Positions 1-8,210 of a stretch of DNA of 64,000 bases are shown here, piece after piece. Source of the stretch: a virus. The DNA lies in the IMG/VR virus record IMGVR_UViG_3300043449_000692, positions 1-64,000 of that record; one strand, written 5' to 3'. The translations under genes and the position numbers were made by a program. The notes under the pieces are model-generated. The model did not search any database and was not told the origin of the DNA. It saw only the letters and a list, made by a program, of their open reading frames with translations. The number at the start of each line of letters is the position of its first letter. Position 1 is the first letter of the stretch.

Positions 1-194
1 GGACAGCAGTGGTCATTGCCTGGTCGCACCTTGTCCCAAATACTCCGCAATTCCTTCATGTGCTGCGTGTATTTCTTCATGCACCCCTTGCACTCGGGGC
101 GCAGATACCGTGTGCCGCCAAGCACGGAAAATTCGTCCACCGATTTGGTGGTGCCGCATTTAGAGCAGCAGCGGGTGGGTGTGTGTTCGTCCAT
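1..194 (-). CDS. Partial (runs off window start) Zn-ribbon protein, probably endonuclease VII/HNH-like
   Basis: Manual translation from ATG 194: MDEHTPTRCCSKCGTTKSVDEF...RPECKGC...HCC. The CxxC...CxxC pattern is typical of phage endonuclease N-termini. Not in the ORF track. Confidence 0.55.
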   Translation of the reverse strand, partial: MDEHTPTRCCSKCGTTKSVDEFSVLGGTRYLRPECKGCMKKYTQHMKELRSIWDKVRPGNDHCC

Positions 195-202
195 TGCTGT
201 GG

Positions 203-230
203 AGTGTATGTGATGGGGTGCAGAAGTCAA
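203..230 (-). promoter_or_regulatory. sigma70-like early promoter
   Basis: TTGACT-16nt-TACACT, 8 nt upstream of ATG 194. Confidence 0.55.
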
Positions 231-524
231 GAAAAAAAGAAAACGGTTCTTCAGGCACACACTCGGAATATTTGAAAAGTTGTGGGGGCGTGGTATGGGA
301 ACCCAATATTTGAAAACTTGGGTGGGGTGGGAGTCCCACGGCGATTTTTTGAAATGTGTTTTGTGATTTTGGATTCGCGGTGCTAACGCGCCCACTAAAC
401 CCCACCACAGACTGCCGTACACTGTTGTCCGACAGAGAGCCGCAGAGAGCCGCAGTGTGTGGGTGTGGTGGTGCGAACCTGTAACTGGTGCTTACAGGTT
501 GGGCGCGGAGAAAACTGTGGATAT

Positions 525-560
525 AAAAAAACCCCTGCCTGTGCGTAGTCAGGCAGGGGC
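525..560 (-). terminator. Rho-independent terminator
   Basis: 10-bp GC stem followed by TTTTTTT on the minus strand. Confidence 0.85.
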
Positions 561-613
561 GTTGCAGATGATGGGAGTCGAAACCCCCAAGGCGGCGAAC
601 CGCTTGTCTCTGC
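525..613 (-). ncRNA. Putative late small RNA (3-way junction plus intrinsic terminator)
   Basis: CTAAATA motif at 618-624. A GCAGA/TCTGC stem encloses two UUCG-capped hairpins, followed by CCCCTGCCTG/CAGGCAGGGG and T7. Confidence 0.55.
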
Positions 614-616
614 TTT

Positions 617-931
617 TTATTTAGTCTTCATACCGAGGAAGCCCTGTGCAATCAGCACCCAGCCTCGCGCAGTCAGGTCATTCCATACGGTACGCGCATT
701 GTCAGTGAACAGGGAGATGTGCCAGTCGCGCTGTAGGCGATACGCGCCATCTAGCACTGCGAGTGGTGAGCCGTCCCGCGTGGTGCAGGTGAGCCACACG
801 AATGTGAAGCCACCGTTGGGATCGTAGTGGAAGGTCACAGTGGTGAAGCCTTGACTGGACGGCTCCATGAGGACGCGGTAGTGGGTGCAGTGGTGCTTGT
901 GGGCAGTGGATTGGAATTCTTTAGTGTTCAT
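617..931 (-). CDS. Hypothetical protein
   Basis: 104-aa ORF, co-oriented with neighbours. Confidence 0.6.
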   Translation of the reverse strand: MNTKEFQSTAHKHHCTHYRVLMEPSSQGFTTVTFHYDPNGGFTFVWLTCTTRDGSPLAVLDGAYRLQRDWHISLFTDNARTVWNDLTARGWVLIAQGFLGMKTK

Positions 932-948
932 TGGTGGTGTTTCAGAAA

Positions 949-1030
949 TAGGGACACACGGATTCGAACCGTGACACCTTTCGGTACTTCATTTTGAGTG
1001 AAGCGCGGCTGCCAGTTACGCCATGTCCCC
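949..1030 (-). tRNA. trnL: tRNA-Leu(CAA)
   Basis: GGGGACA acceptor, CTTCA-CT-CAA-AA-TGAAG anticodon arm, long variable arm, GGTTCGAATCC T-arm. No encoded CCA. Confidence 0.93.
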
Positions 1031-1387
1031 ATGTTTGTGCAGTATACGGTGGCAGTTAGCACACAGCAATACGCACTTGTTTATTTCTTCGTTTAGAGTT
1101 TTGGTTCCGTAAGAGAACGCGCTTAATTTCGCAACAGTGGTTTTCTTGGTCTTGGGATCAGTGTGATGAAAGTCCAATCCACACGGATCTTCGTTCCACC
1201 CACAACGAGAACATCCCATTTTTGACTTTAGTTCATTTACCGCTTTCCGATTTCGTTCCCGCAATCGTTGATTGGTTTCCCGAAAGCGGTCTTTGTTGTC
1301 CAGATAGTACTGCTGTGTCTGTGCTTTGGTGCGTTCGTAGTACTCGCGGCGATGGGCTTTTCGTTTTTCGGGGTCGGCATAGGGCAT
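1016..1387 (-). CDS. Free-standing HNH endonuclease
   Basis: CSRCG...LDFHH...CVLLCANCHRILH motif, basic N-terminus, GGAGG SD before ATG 1387. Confidence 0.88.
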   Translation of the reverse strand: MPYADPEKRKAHRREYYERTKAQTQQYYLDNKDRFRETNQRLRERNRKAVNELKSKMGCSRCGWNEDPCGLDFHHTDPKTKKTTVAKLSAFSYGTKTLNEEINKCVLLCANCHRILHKHGDMA

Positions 1388-1433
1388 GGGGTCTAAATCC
1401 TCCACATCTATTTAGAATCCCCATGCCCTATGC
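1377..1433 (-). promoter_or_regulatory. Start-codon-sequestering hairpin containing a late promoter
   Basis: 15-bp perfect inverted repeat 1377-1391/1419-1433 plus inner 7-bp stem; CTAAATA at 1409-1415. Confidence 0.75.
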
Positions 1434-1444
1434 TGAATATTTAA

Positions 1445-1621
1445 TTAGTCAGGATCTTCGTCATCCCACTGCGGCGCGTCCCACTCGTCTTCCCACTCGT
1501 CCTCGTCTTCGGGGCGGCGGATTTCGCGGGGGTCGGCATCGGAGCGGATCGAATTTGCGAATTCGTCCCAGTCAATGGTGTCGTCACGGAGGTCAGCGTC
1601 AGAGATAAGCAGTCGGGGCAT
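1445..1621 (-). CDS. Small acidic hypothetical protein
   Basis: MPRLLISDADLRDD...EDEDEWEDEWD; very D/E-rich. Confidence 0.65.
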   Translation of the reverse strand: MPRLLISDADLRDDTIDWDEFANSIRSDADPREIRRPEDEDEWEDEWDAPQWDDEDPD

Positions 1622-1634
1622 GGTGTGTGGTGGT

Positions 1635-1844
1635 TTAGCGAGTGATGCGGACAGGAAAGGCGTTCGTGCCAGAGCGGGTGATTTCAAAAATGCCTGTTGA
1701 GCCGTTTGTGAACTGCACAATGATTTGATTTCCGCTGATCCAAGCGGTTTGGGCGTTGCGGGCAACGGTTGCGGACGGTGAATTGCTGCCCTGTTGCCAG
1801 AGCAGCACACGATTTTGCGAAACAGTGGTGTAGTGCATGAGCAT
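1635..1844 (-). CDS. Hypothetical protein
   Basis: 69-aa ORF directly downstream of tRNA-Arg. Confidence 0.55.
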   Translation of the reverse strand: MLMHYTTVSQNRVLLWQQGSNSPSATVARNAQTAWISGNQIIVQFTNGSTGIFEITRSGTNAFPVRITR

Positions 1845-1849
1845 TTGAG

Positions 1850-1923
1850 CGTCCCTGAGTGGATTCGAACCACTGACTTATTGCTTAGAAGGCAATTACT
1901 CTATCCAACTGAGTTACAGGGAC
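1850..1923 (-). tRNA. trnR: tRNA-Arg(TCT)
   Basis: GTCCCTG/CAGGGAC acceptor, ATTGC-CT-TCT-AA-GCAAT anticodon arm, GGTTCGAATCC T-arm. Confidence 0.95.
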
Positions 1924-1930
1924 GGATTTT

Positions 1931-2167
1931 TCAGTCTGCGCCTCGCGGATCGTTCCAAGTGTCGATCCCGCTGATGGGATCAACCCACTCCGAGCCGCCC
2001 AAACCGTAGTCGCGCTCCTGCGGCGGCGGTTCAGGGGTCGGTCGGTAGTCGAAAACATCGCAAGCGCGGCGATACTTTTCCAATTCACGGCGCAGACGGC
2101 AGTTTTCTGCCATGAGGTACGCGATTCGTGCGCGCTGAATCTTGATCGTGGTCATTCCGAGTGCCAT
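1931..2167 (-). CDS. Hypothetical protein
   Basis: GGAG SD then MALGMTTIKIQ... Confidence 0.6.
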   Translation of the reverse strand: MALGMTTIKIQRARIAYLMAENCRLRRELEKYRRACDVFDYRPTPEPPPQERDYGLGGSEWVDPISGIDTWNDPRGAD

Positions 2168-2186
2168 TTTTGTGTCTCCGAGTGGT

Positions 2187-2447
2187 TTACTTGATGTTGT
2201 ACTGACCGAACTGACCCATCTGCGGCGCAAATTCAGCCGAGAACTGCTGATTCGAATTCGTGTTTGCACGAATTTGGTAGTTGTTGTCCCAATGTCCCGT
2301 GAAATTGGGGTTGTAGTTGTAACCGTCCGAGCGATTCTCGTAGGTTTCGACCGATCCATCAGGGTGGCGCACAGTGCGGGTGATGTGGGTCTGCGTGTGG
2401 CAACCGCAAAGCGCGGCAGTGGTGAGGATTGTGGCGATCATTCGCAT
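2187..2447 (-). CDS. Putative lipoprotein
   Basis: MRMIATILTTAALCGC lipobox-like signal. Confidence 0.55.
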   Translation of the reverse strand: MRMIATILTTAALCGCHTQTHITRTVRHPDGSVETYENRSDGYNYNPNFTGHWDNNYQIRANTNSNQQFSAEFAPQMGQFGQYNIK

Positions 2448-2461
2448 GGAATTTTTCCTGT

Positions 2462-2863
2462 TCAGGCGTTGCTGGTGACGAATTCGGGCTGTGCAGTGGT
2501 GGTCGGAGCGGTCGGAGGCGTGGTCGGCGGCGCAATTCGTCCCTTCTGATTGGGCGAACCAGGCTTGCGACCGCGCTTGTTCGCGTTCACAGTGAGCGTG
2601 GCGATGTCCGCGTGGATTTCGGGGATCAGATAGTTGCCCCGTCCCGCGCGGCGAGTCTTCGTAGCCGCGATCCACGCGGGAACCGCGATGTACGGCGACT
2701 TCTGAAGCAGTTCCACCAAGTCCTTGCGGCTCACGGTGCAGGTGTCGTACACCGTCAGTGCAGCGCGATTGGTCTGAAGGAACTTGATGAATTCGATCTG
2801 ACCAGGCGTGTAGGAGGCGAGGAGGGGAAGAGCGGCGGTGTTGTTGTTGTTGTTCGTAGTCAT
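2462..2863 (-). CDS. Stand-alone paralog of the AAA ATPase N-terminal domain
   Basis: YIAVPAW...GRGNYLIPE...KRGRKPGS matches YAAVPAW...GRGVYALPE...KRGRKPGS of the 3214-4566 protein. Confidence 0.7.
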   Translation of the reverse strand: MTTNNNNNTAALPLLASYTPGQIEFIKFLQTNRAALTVYDTCTVSRKDLVELLQKSPYIAVPAWIAATKTRRAGRGNYLIPEIHADIATLTVNANKRGRKPGSPNQKGRIAPPTTPPTAPTTTAQPEFVTSNA

Positions 2864-2883
2864 TGAAGGCATTTCCTTTTGTG

Positions 2884-3201
2884 TTAGCGGGACGAAACCC
2901 AGTTGAGAATCTGAAACAGTTCGGTGATCGGGACGAATCCCTTGACTTCTTGTCCGTCCTTGAACAGGACGGCATCGTTTTGCGGATTGTGGATTGCGAT
3001 CTCTACAGTGCCAGCGTACTCCATGTCTCCGAGCGGGGCAGTGATACGCTCACCGCGCTCGTTGGTACTGTACGCAAGTGCGCCATAGATCACACTTGCA
3101 GAGTACCCGTTCGGAAACTTGATCCTGAGTTGGTTGTGTTCGTGAAGCGTTTTCCCCTGTTGGGGGGTGTGGACGATTTTGATTCCGCCGAGCGTACTCA
3201 T
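2884..3201 (-). CDS. Hypothetical phage protein
   Basis: GGAGG SD; FPNGYSASVI...EIAI motif. Confidence 0.7.
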   Translation of the reverse strand: MSTLGGIKIVHTPQQGKTLHEHNQLRIKFPNGYSASVIYGALAYSTNERGERITAPLGDMEYAGTVEIAIHNPQNDAVLFKDGQEVKGFVPITELFQILNWVSSR

Positions 3202-3213
3202 GTGTGCCTCCGA

Positions 3214-4566
3214 TCAGAACGGGCAAGCGTTGGGATCGTTCGCCTTCGCGGTGTTCGCGGCGGCATCGGTCGCGTCAGCGGGCTTCGGCTGCGCGTCCGC
3301 GTCCACCTTCGTGTAGAACTGCACGAACGACTCCTTCGTGGTCGGGTCGAACCGCGACACGCACCGCTCAATCGCGGTCATCTTGTCACCGAACACGGAG
3401 TACGCGAACACGATGTCGCGCAGACGGCGCGTGGTGATGATCTCGCTCACCACCTGCTGCTTGAACGACTTGCGGATGATGTCCGCCCACGAAACGAGAT
3501 TGTCGAGGAACGCATCATCGTTCACGCCAAGCCCGTCCGCGACCTTCTTGAGAATGCGCTTCTCAATCTTCGGGTCAGCGTAGTCCTGCTCGTAGGTGAA
3601 CGCGAAACGGTCAAGGAACGCCTCATTGAGGATGTTCGTGCCAGCGAAACGACCGTCATCGCTGCCCTTGCCCTTCGTGTTCGCAGTGGCGACCACGGTG
3701 AAGCCAGGCGCAGGACGCACATACTTGCCGATCTTCGGGATGAACTTGCCCTTGCCCTCAAGCACCGACTGAAGGCACATGATGAGGTGACCGCCGAGGT
3801 CGATCTCGTCAAGGAGCAGCACCGCACCGCGCTCCATAGCGACAAGCACGGGACCAGGCACGAAACGAGTCTCGCCGCCGATCAGACGGAAGCCACCGAG
3901 CAGTTCGTCCTCATCGGTCGCGGCGGTGAAGTTCACGCGCACACACTCGCGCTTCAGCGAGGCGCACACCTGCTCCACCATCGTGGTCTTGCCGTTGCCG
4001 CTCAGACCCGTGATGAACACGGGGCAGAACCGCTTCGACTTGATGATCGACTTGATCTCGTTGTGGTAGCCCCACGGAATGTAGTTGTCATCCGTGGCGG
4101 GAGTGAACGATTCGCTCTCGCCCTGCGTGATGGTACGGGCGAGTTCAGCCGCGTCCGTGCCAGCGGTCAGAGCGACCGCGCTGCACTCCTCAACGACAGG
4201 AGCGTTCGCAGTCACGACAGGAGCGGGAGCCGCAACAGCCTTCGACTCCGCGCGCTTCGCGGTCTTCATGGACTTGCTGCCAGGCTTGCGACCACGCTTC
4301 ACTTCGGTGATCGTGAACGCGGCATCGTCCGCAAAGAGTTCAGGCAGCGCGTACACGCCGCGACCCACCTTGCGGTCGCTGCTCATGCACCACGCGGGAA
4401 CAGCAGCGTAGCCCGCAGCGTGAGCCGCCTTGAACAGCGGCGAGAACTGCACCGACTGCCCATTGCAGGTGGTCTTCGCAGTGAGTCCGTGCTTCGCAAG
4501 GTGCGAACGCACGGCGGCGATGAAAGAGTGCTGAGTGGACGAAACGGTAAAAGAAGCGGTCTTCAT
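3214..4566 (-). CDS. cobS: CobS/MoxR-like AAA+ ATPase
   Basis: Walker A GLSGNGKT, Walker B LLLDEID, ATANTKG, NEAFLDRF; typical of T4-like phages. Confidence 0.9.
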   Translation of the reverse strand: MKTASFTVSSTQHSFIAAVRSHLAKHGLTAKTTCNGQSVQFSPLFKAAHAAGYAAVPAWCMSSDRKVGRGVYALPELFADDAAFTITEVKRGRKPGSKSMKTAKRAESKAVAAPAPVVTANAPVVEECSAVALTAGTDAAELARTITQGESESFTPATDDNYIPWGYHNEIKSIIKSKRFCPVFITGLSGNGKTTMVEQVCASLKRECVRVNFTAATDEDELLGGFRLIGGETRFVPGPVLVAMERGAVLLLDEIDLGGHLIMCLQSVLEGKGKFIPKIGKYVRPAPGFTVVATANTKGKGSDDGRFAGTNILNEAFLDRFAFTYEQDYADPKIEKRILKKVADGLGVNDDAFLDNLVSWADIIRKSFKQQVVSEIITTRRLRDIVFAYSVFGDKMTAIERCVSRFDPTTKESFVQFYTKVDADAQPKPADATDAAANTAKANDPNACPF

Positions 4567-4573
4567 GTGGTTC

Positions 4574-4602
4574 ATTGTACTGTATTCCTAGGCTTTTTTC
4601 AA
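4574..4602 (-). promoter_or_regulatory. sigma70-like promoter, leaderless
   Basis: TTGAAA-17-TACAAT-7nt-ATG(4566). Confidence 0.7.
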
Positions 4603-4690
4603 TCGCGGCGGGGACAGCGCGTCCGATAATATCCGCCGTAACCTCTTGTAACTAAACGATTTACACCATTTGCAGAAAATGGGGAGTTTT

Positions 4691-7051
4691 TCACACCGCG
4701 AGGCATTCACCGATGTGGGTCGCCACCGTGCGGAGCGAACCCTGCGCGATCTGCGTTTCCATGAACGCCTTCGCCAGTGCGCCCTTCGTGGAGGCAGCGT
4801 CCATGCGCTCTTCAGCCTTGTCAAGGAACTGCTGCGCGGTGCGGGACACTTCGCCGTTCGCCTCGCGGAGGAAGCGGTCGGCATCCACCACGATGGCAGA
4901 GTCCCAACCCCAAACATCGCCGCGCAGGAAGCCGTCACGCTTCCAATTGTTGTCCTTGCACACCATGCCGTAGTGCGAGGGGTCAAGGTTCCTACGGTGC
5001 AGCGTCAGACCGATCCAGTGGATCTTCGCGCCAGTGCGGCGGCGGATGATGTCCGCAGCGATCATCGCGTGGGGATACTGCACGGTTTCGGGAATGCCTT
5101 CCGAACCGAACTGGAAGTAACCCGCGAACTTGCGGTAGCCGTACTCGTCCTTCGTGTACTTGCGGAGGCGCGACAGGTCATAGGTCGCACCCGTGCGCGG
5201 ATCAGCGATCACGACAGCCGAACGCTTGGAGTAGTCGCGGCTGTTGGCGGTAGTGCCAGTGACGGCATCCATGTTGAAATCAATGCAGTCGGTCGGCTCA
5301 CCGTCCGTCAGCACGACAGTGTGCGCGATCTGCACACGGGTACGCTTCACGAAAGACTCCACAAGATCAGCAGCAGCAACGAGAGCCGCAGTGGTCGGCG
5401 TACCGTTGAGCGCGTAGCGGTGGTCGCAAGTACCCATCTGACGCCAGTTCCACAGGCAGGTCTTCGCGGCTTCGTACTCCGCACCGTTCATGCGCGAGGA
5501 CAGGAAGTTCAGCATCGTGACATCGCGGGTGACGAGTTGGGCGTTCTTGCGCCGCTTCTGATCGGCATCCCACGCCGCCTCGCGCTCCTGCACAGCGGTC
5601 GCGCTGAGGTAGTCCTTGCCGTTCGTGTACATCTGATCCGAGAAAGCGTACACTTCGAACGGAACGCCGACCTTGCGGCAGAAGTCCGCGAGGATGAACA
5701 ACTGACCAATCGTGGACTGCATGATCGGACTCATGGAGGACGACCAGTCAAGCAGAATCACGATGCCGTGGTTCTTGCCGTCAGCGATGCGCGTGGTGCG
5801 GCGGAAGATGTCCTCGTTCCACTTGTACTGATTCATGCGGAGGGTATCAAGCGAACCCGTCTTCGCCACCGAGGTGCGCCGCCAATTGTCAGCAGCCTTG
5901 CGGCGGTTGAACGCGGTCGCCATCGTGACCGAGGCGGTGGTGTAGTCCGAGATGCGGACAGGCGCACCCATGTAGCGGCTCATGGCAGACGAACGCATAT
6001 CCGAAAGCACGGTCTTGAAGTCCACCACACGCGCCGACTGCGACAGGTTGTCCGCGCTCACGCGCACGATCTCGTCCACGCCGTCACTCGTCTTCGCAAA
6101 CTGCTCAAGAGCCTTCTCAAGGTTCTGATTCGTCTGCGGGGCGATGCTGCTCTGCATCTCGTTGTTCACGACACGCTTACCGTTGTTGCCCTTCGCGGCA
6201 GACTCGCCGTCTTCCTGCGAATCCGAGGGCTTGTCACCCTTCGACTGCGACTGCTCCTGCGAGTCCGACTTCGACTCGTCACCCTTGCCCTTGCCGTTGT
6301 TGGCTTCGGCATCGCTCTCCTGCGGCTCACCAGTCTCGCCTTCGGCATCCACGCCCTCGCCGTCTTCGCCGTCCTCATCGCCCTCGTCCGAGGGAGCAGA
6401 CACGGACTGCTGATCGTCCTGCTGCTGCTGCGCCTTCGCCGCCTGTTCCTGCGCCCACACGATCATGTCCTGCGCGAGGCTCACGACATCCGCCCAAGTA
6501 GCGGTAGTCTCGCCGCGATTCACAAATTCCTGCTCCTCCGCACTGAAGCGGATCACCGTGCCAGCGTGAACGCCACACTTGAAGTGCAGGTTGAAGCGGT
6601 CAGCAAAGATCATGCTGTTCGGCTTTGAAATATCGCCAAAGAACTCGCGCTCCATCAGGGTCTTGTACGCACCGATGAAGTCCGACTTCAGACCACGGAA
6701 CTTCGCCTGAATCATGCGCTCAATACGCGCGTCCTCAACGATGTTGAGGTACTGCTTCGCAGTGTCCTTGTCGCAACCCGTGGCGGCAGCGACCGAATCA
6801 ATCGCGGTGCGCCAACCGTCCGCAGGAGTGAACAGGGCGTGAGCCACTTCGTGACCCACAAGCATATCGTACAGCGCACCGCTGGCGTTCGACCACAGCG
6901 GGAGGTGCAGACTGCGCGTCTTCAGGTCAAAGAACGCGGTCGGGATGTTCTGGTGGACCACCGAAATGTTTTCAGTGGCAAGCAGACGCGCCAGCATGGA
7001 CTTCGCGGCGGTAGGTGCGGTCGGGAGAGCGGTAGTCAGAGTCGGAACCAT
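4691..7051 (-). CDS. CobT-like vWA protein with N-terminal HExxH metallopeptidase-like domain
   Basis: HEVAH, NIVEDARIE, acidic linker, MIDAS DWSSS...T...TDGE; adjacent to cobS-like gene. Confidence 0.85.
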   Translation of the reverse strand: MVPTLTTALPTAPTAAKSMLARLLATENISVVHQNIPTAFFDLKTRSLHLPLWSNASGALYDMLVGHEVAHALFTPADGWRTAIDSVAAATGCDKDTAKQYLNIVEDARIERMIQAKFRGLKSDFIGAYKTLMEREFFGDISKPNSMIFADRFNLHFKCGVHAGTVIRFSAEEQEFVNRGETTATWADVVSLAQDMIVWAQEQAAKAQQQQDDQQSVSAPSDEGDEDGEDGEGVDAEGETGEPQESDAEANNGKGKGDESKSDSQEQSQSKGDKPSDSQEDGESAAKGNNGKRVVNNEMQSSIAPQTNQNLEKALEQFAKTSDGVDEIVRVSADNLSQSARVVDFKTVLSDMRSSAMSRYMGAPVRISDYTTASVTMATAFNRRKAADNWRRTSVAKTGSLDTLRMNQYKWNEDIFRRTTRIADGKNHGIVILLDWSSSMSPIMQSTIGQLFILADFCRKVGVPFEVYAFSDQMYTNGKDYLSATAVQEREAAWDADQKRRKNAQLVTRDVTMLNFLSSRMNGAEYEAAKTCLWNWRQMGTCDHRYALNGTPTTAALVAAADLVESFVKRTRVQIAHTVVLTDGEPTDCIDFNMDAVTGTTANSRDYSKRSAVVIADPRTGATYDLSRLRKYTKDEYGYRKFAGYFQFGSEGIPETVQYPHAMIAADIIRRRTGAKIHWIGLTLHRRNLDPSHYGMVCKDNNWKRDGFLRGDVWGWDSAIVVDADRFLREANGEVSRTAQQFLDKAEERMDAASTKGALAKAFMETQIAQGSLRTVATHIGECLAV

Positions 7052-7057
7052 GCCTAA

Positions 7058-7086
7058 ATTGTACTGGAAAATAGGCGTTTCTGCAA
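7058..7086 (-). promoter_or_regulatory. sigma70-like promoter, leaderless
   Basis: TTGCAG-17-TACAAT-6nt-ATG(7051). Confidence 0.7.
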
Positions 7087-7416
7087 GCGTCACCCGCCGA
7101 AAATCGTAAATCCTTGTCAAATAAGGGGTTACGGGGACAGCGAGGTCCGATAACCTCGCAGGGGGGCGCGTCTGCCCCGTTCCCGCGCCCCGAATATTCC
7201 AATCGCGCTCACCTGCGCGTGTCCAGGCTGTCGAGAGAGCGGACGGAATGAATCCATTAACACCGCACTTAATGGGTACAGTCACGAGTACTCGTGCGCC
7301 CAGCACGCAGGCAGCCCAGCAGCACCAATTTTTGAATGCGAACTAAAGTAGTTCCCGCCCCTATTCTTCGCGGATTTCCCCTGCTACAATGACAACATAC
7401 AAGTGGAGGATTACCA

Positions 7417-7836
7417 ATGGCTTACCTCAAAAACCCGCGAGTACAGCACTTCCTCAAAACCATCCGATCACAATGCAAGAAGTGTAATGTACGCTTCACC
7501 CTTTCCAGTGGCTACGAAGTAAACGGCGGCGGTGAACGCTGCCAAGGCTATTTCTTGGAACCGTGGCATCAGCGCGGACACCAAGGCGAACTGCGTGTGG
7601 CAATCGGTGGTCGCCGCACCTCTGACTGGCTCTACACCCTTGCCCATGAGTACGCCCACTTTCAGCAGTGGATGCGGGATGACCCCATCTACCGAGAGCG
7701 GGACTACATGACACTAGAAGTACAGACCGAAGCCGAGGCACTAGAACTGTGCAGAAAGTTTAAATTGCCTATTCCACGCCGTGTACTGCTGAAGGAACAC
7801 CGCAAGTACATGAAGAAACTTGCACGGGAGTGCTGA
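7417..7836 (+). CDS. HExxH metallopeptidase-like protein
   Basis: TLAHEYAH...E motif, GGAGG SD. Confidence 0.7.
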   Translation: MAYLKNPRVQHFLKTIRSQCKKCNVRFTLSSGYEVNGGGERCQGYFLEPWHQRGHQGELRVAIGGRRTSDWLYTLAHEYAHFQQWMRDDPIYRERDYMTLEVQTEAEALELCRKFKLPIPRRVLLKEHRKYMKKLAREC

Positions 7837-7871
7837 TTGCGTAGCCATACATAGGTGTAGGAGACTACACT

Positions 7872-8156
7872 ATGCCCACCTATGAGTACCAGTGCCGTGC
7901 GTGTCAACACGCTTTCGAAGACATTCAGAAAATCGCAGACCGTGACCTACCGTGTGCTGCGCCCTGCCCACAGTGCAGGAAGCGCAAAGTGGTGCGCGGT
8001 ATCTCTCTGCCTGTGACAGGTGCGGATGCCACGGTGGGACCAGGCGCAGACTTCAAAGAATTGGCGCGGAAGATGGGGCGTGGTCTACCGAAGAGTGCGC
8101 GGGAAAATATGGAACGCGCTGCCTCTCTGCGTGGTCGCAAGTACGGACCCCAATAA
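7872..8156 (+). CDS. FmdB-family zinc-ribbon protein
   Basis: MPTYEYQCRAC...CPQC. Confidence 0.85.
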   Translation: MPTYEYQCRACQHAFEDIQKIADRDLPCAAPCPQCRKRKVVRGISLPVTGADATVGPGADFKELARKMGRGLPKSARENMERAASLRGRKYGPQ

Positions 8157-8210
8157 ACGCATTCACACGCACAACCCTATTATTCCACAGCATACGAAAG
8201 GTGGGGCGTA

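Noticed and set aside
432-500. Short direct repeat (CAGAGAGCCG x2) and a 9-bp hairpin
   Set aside because: Only two copies and no spacers; not CRISPR, and no function can be supported
563-613. Hammerhead-like reading on the plus strand (UGAUG...GAAAC...GUC)
   Set aside because: Lacks the CUGANGA core and stem II; promoter, terminator and G-U pairing favour the minus strand
2863-6628. Long plus-strand ORFs (588 and 652 aa)
   Set aside because: Antisense shadows of the cobS/cobT-like genes caused by strong codon bias; no motifs or SD
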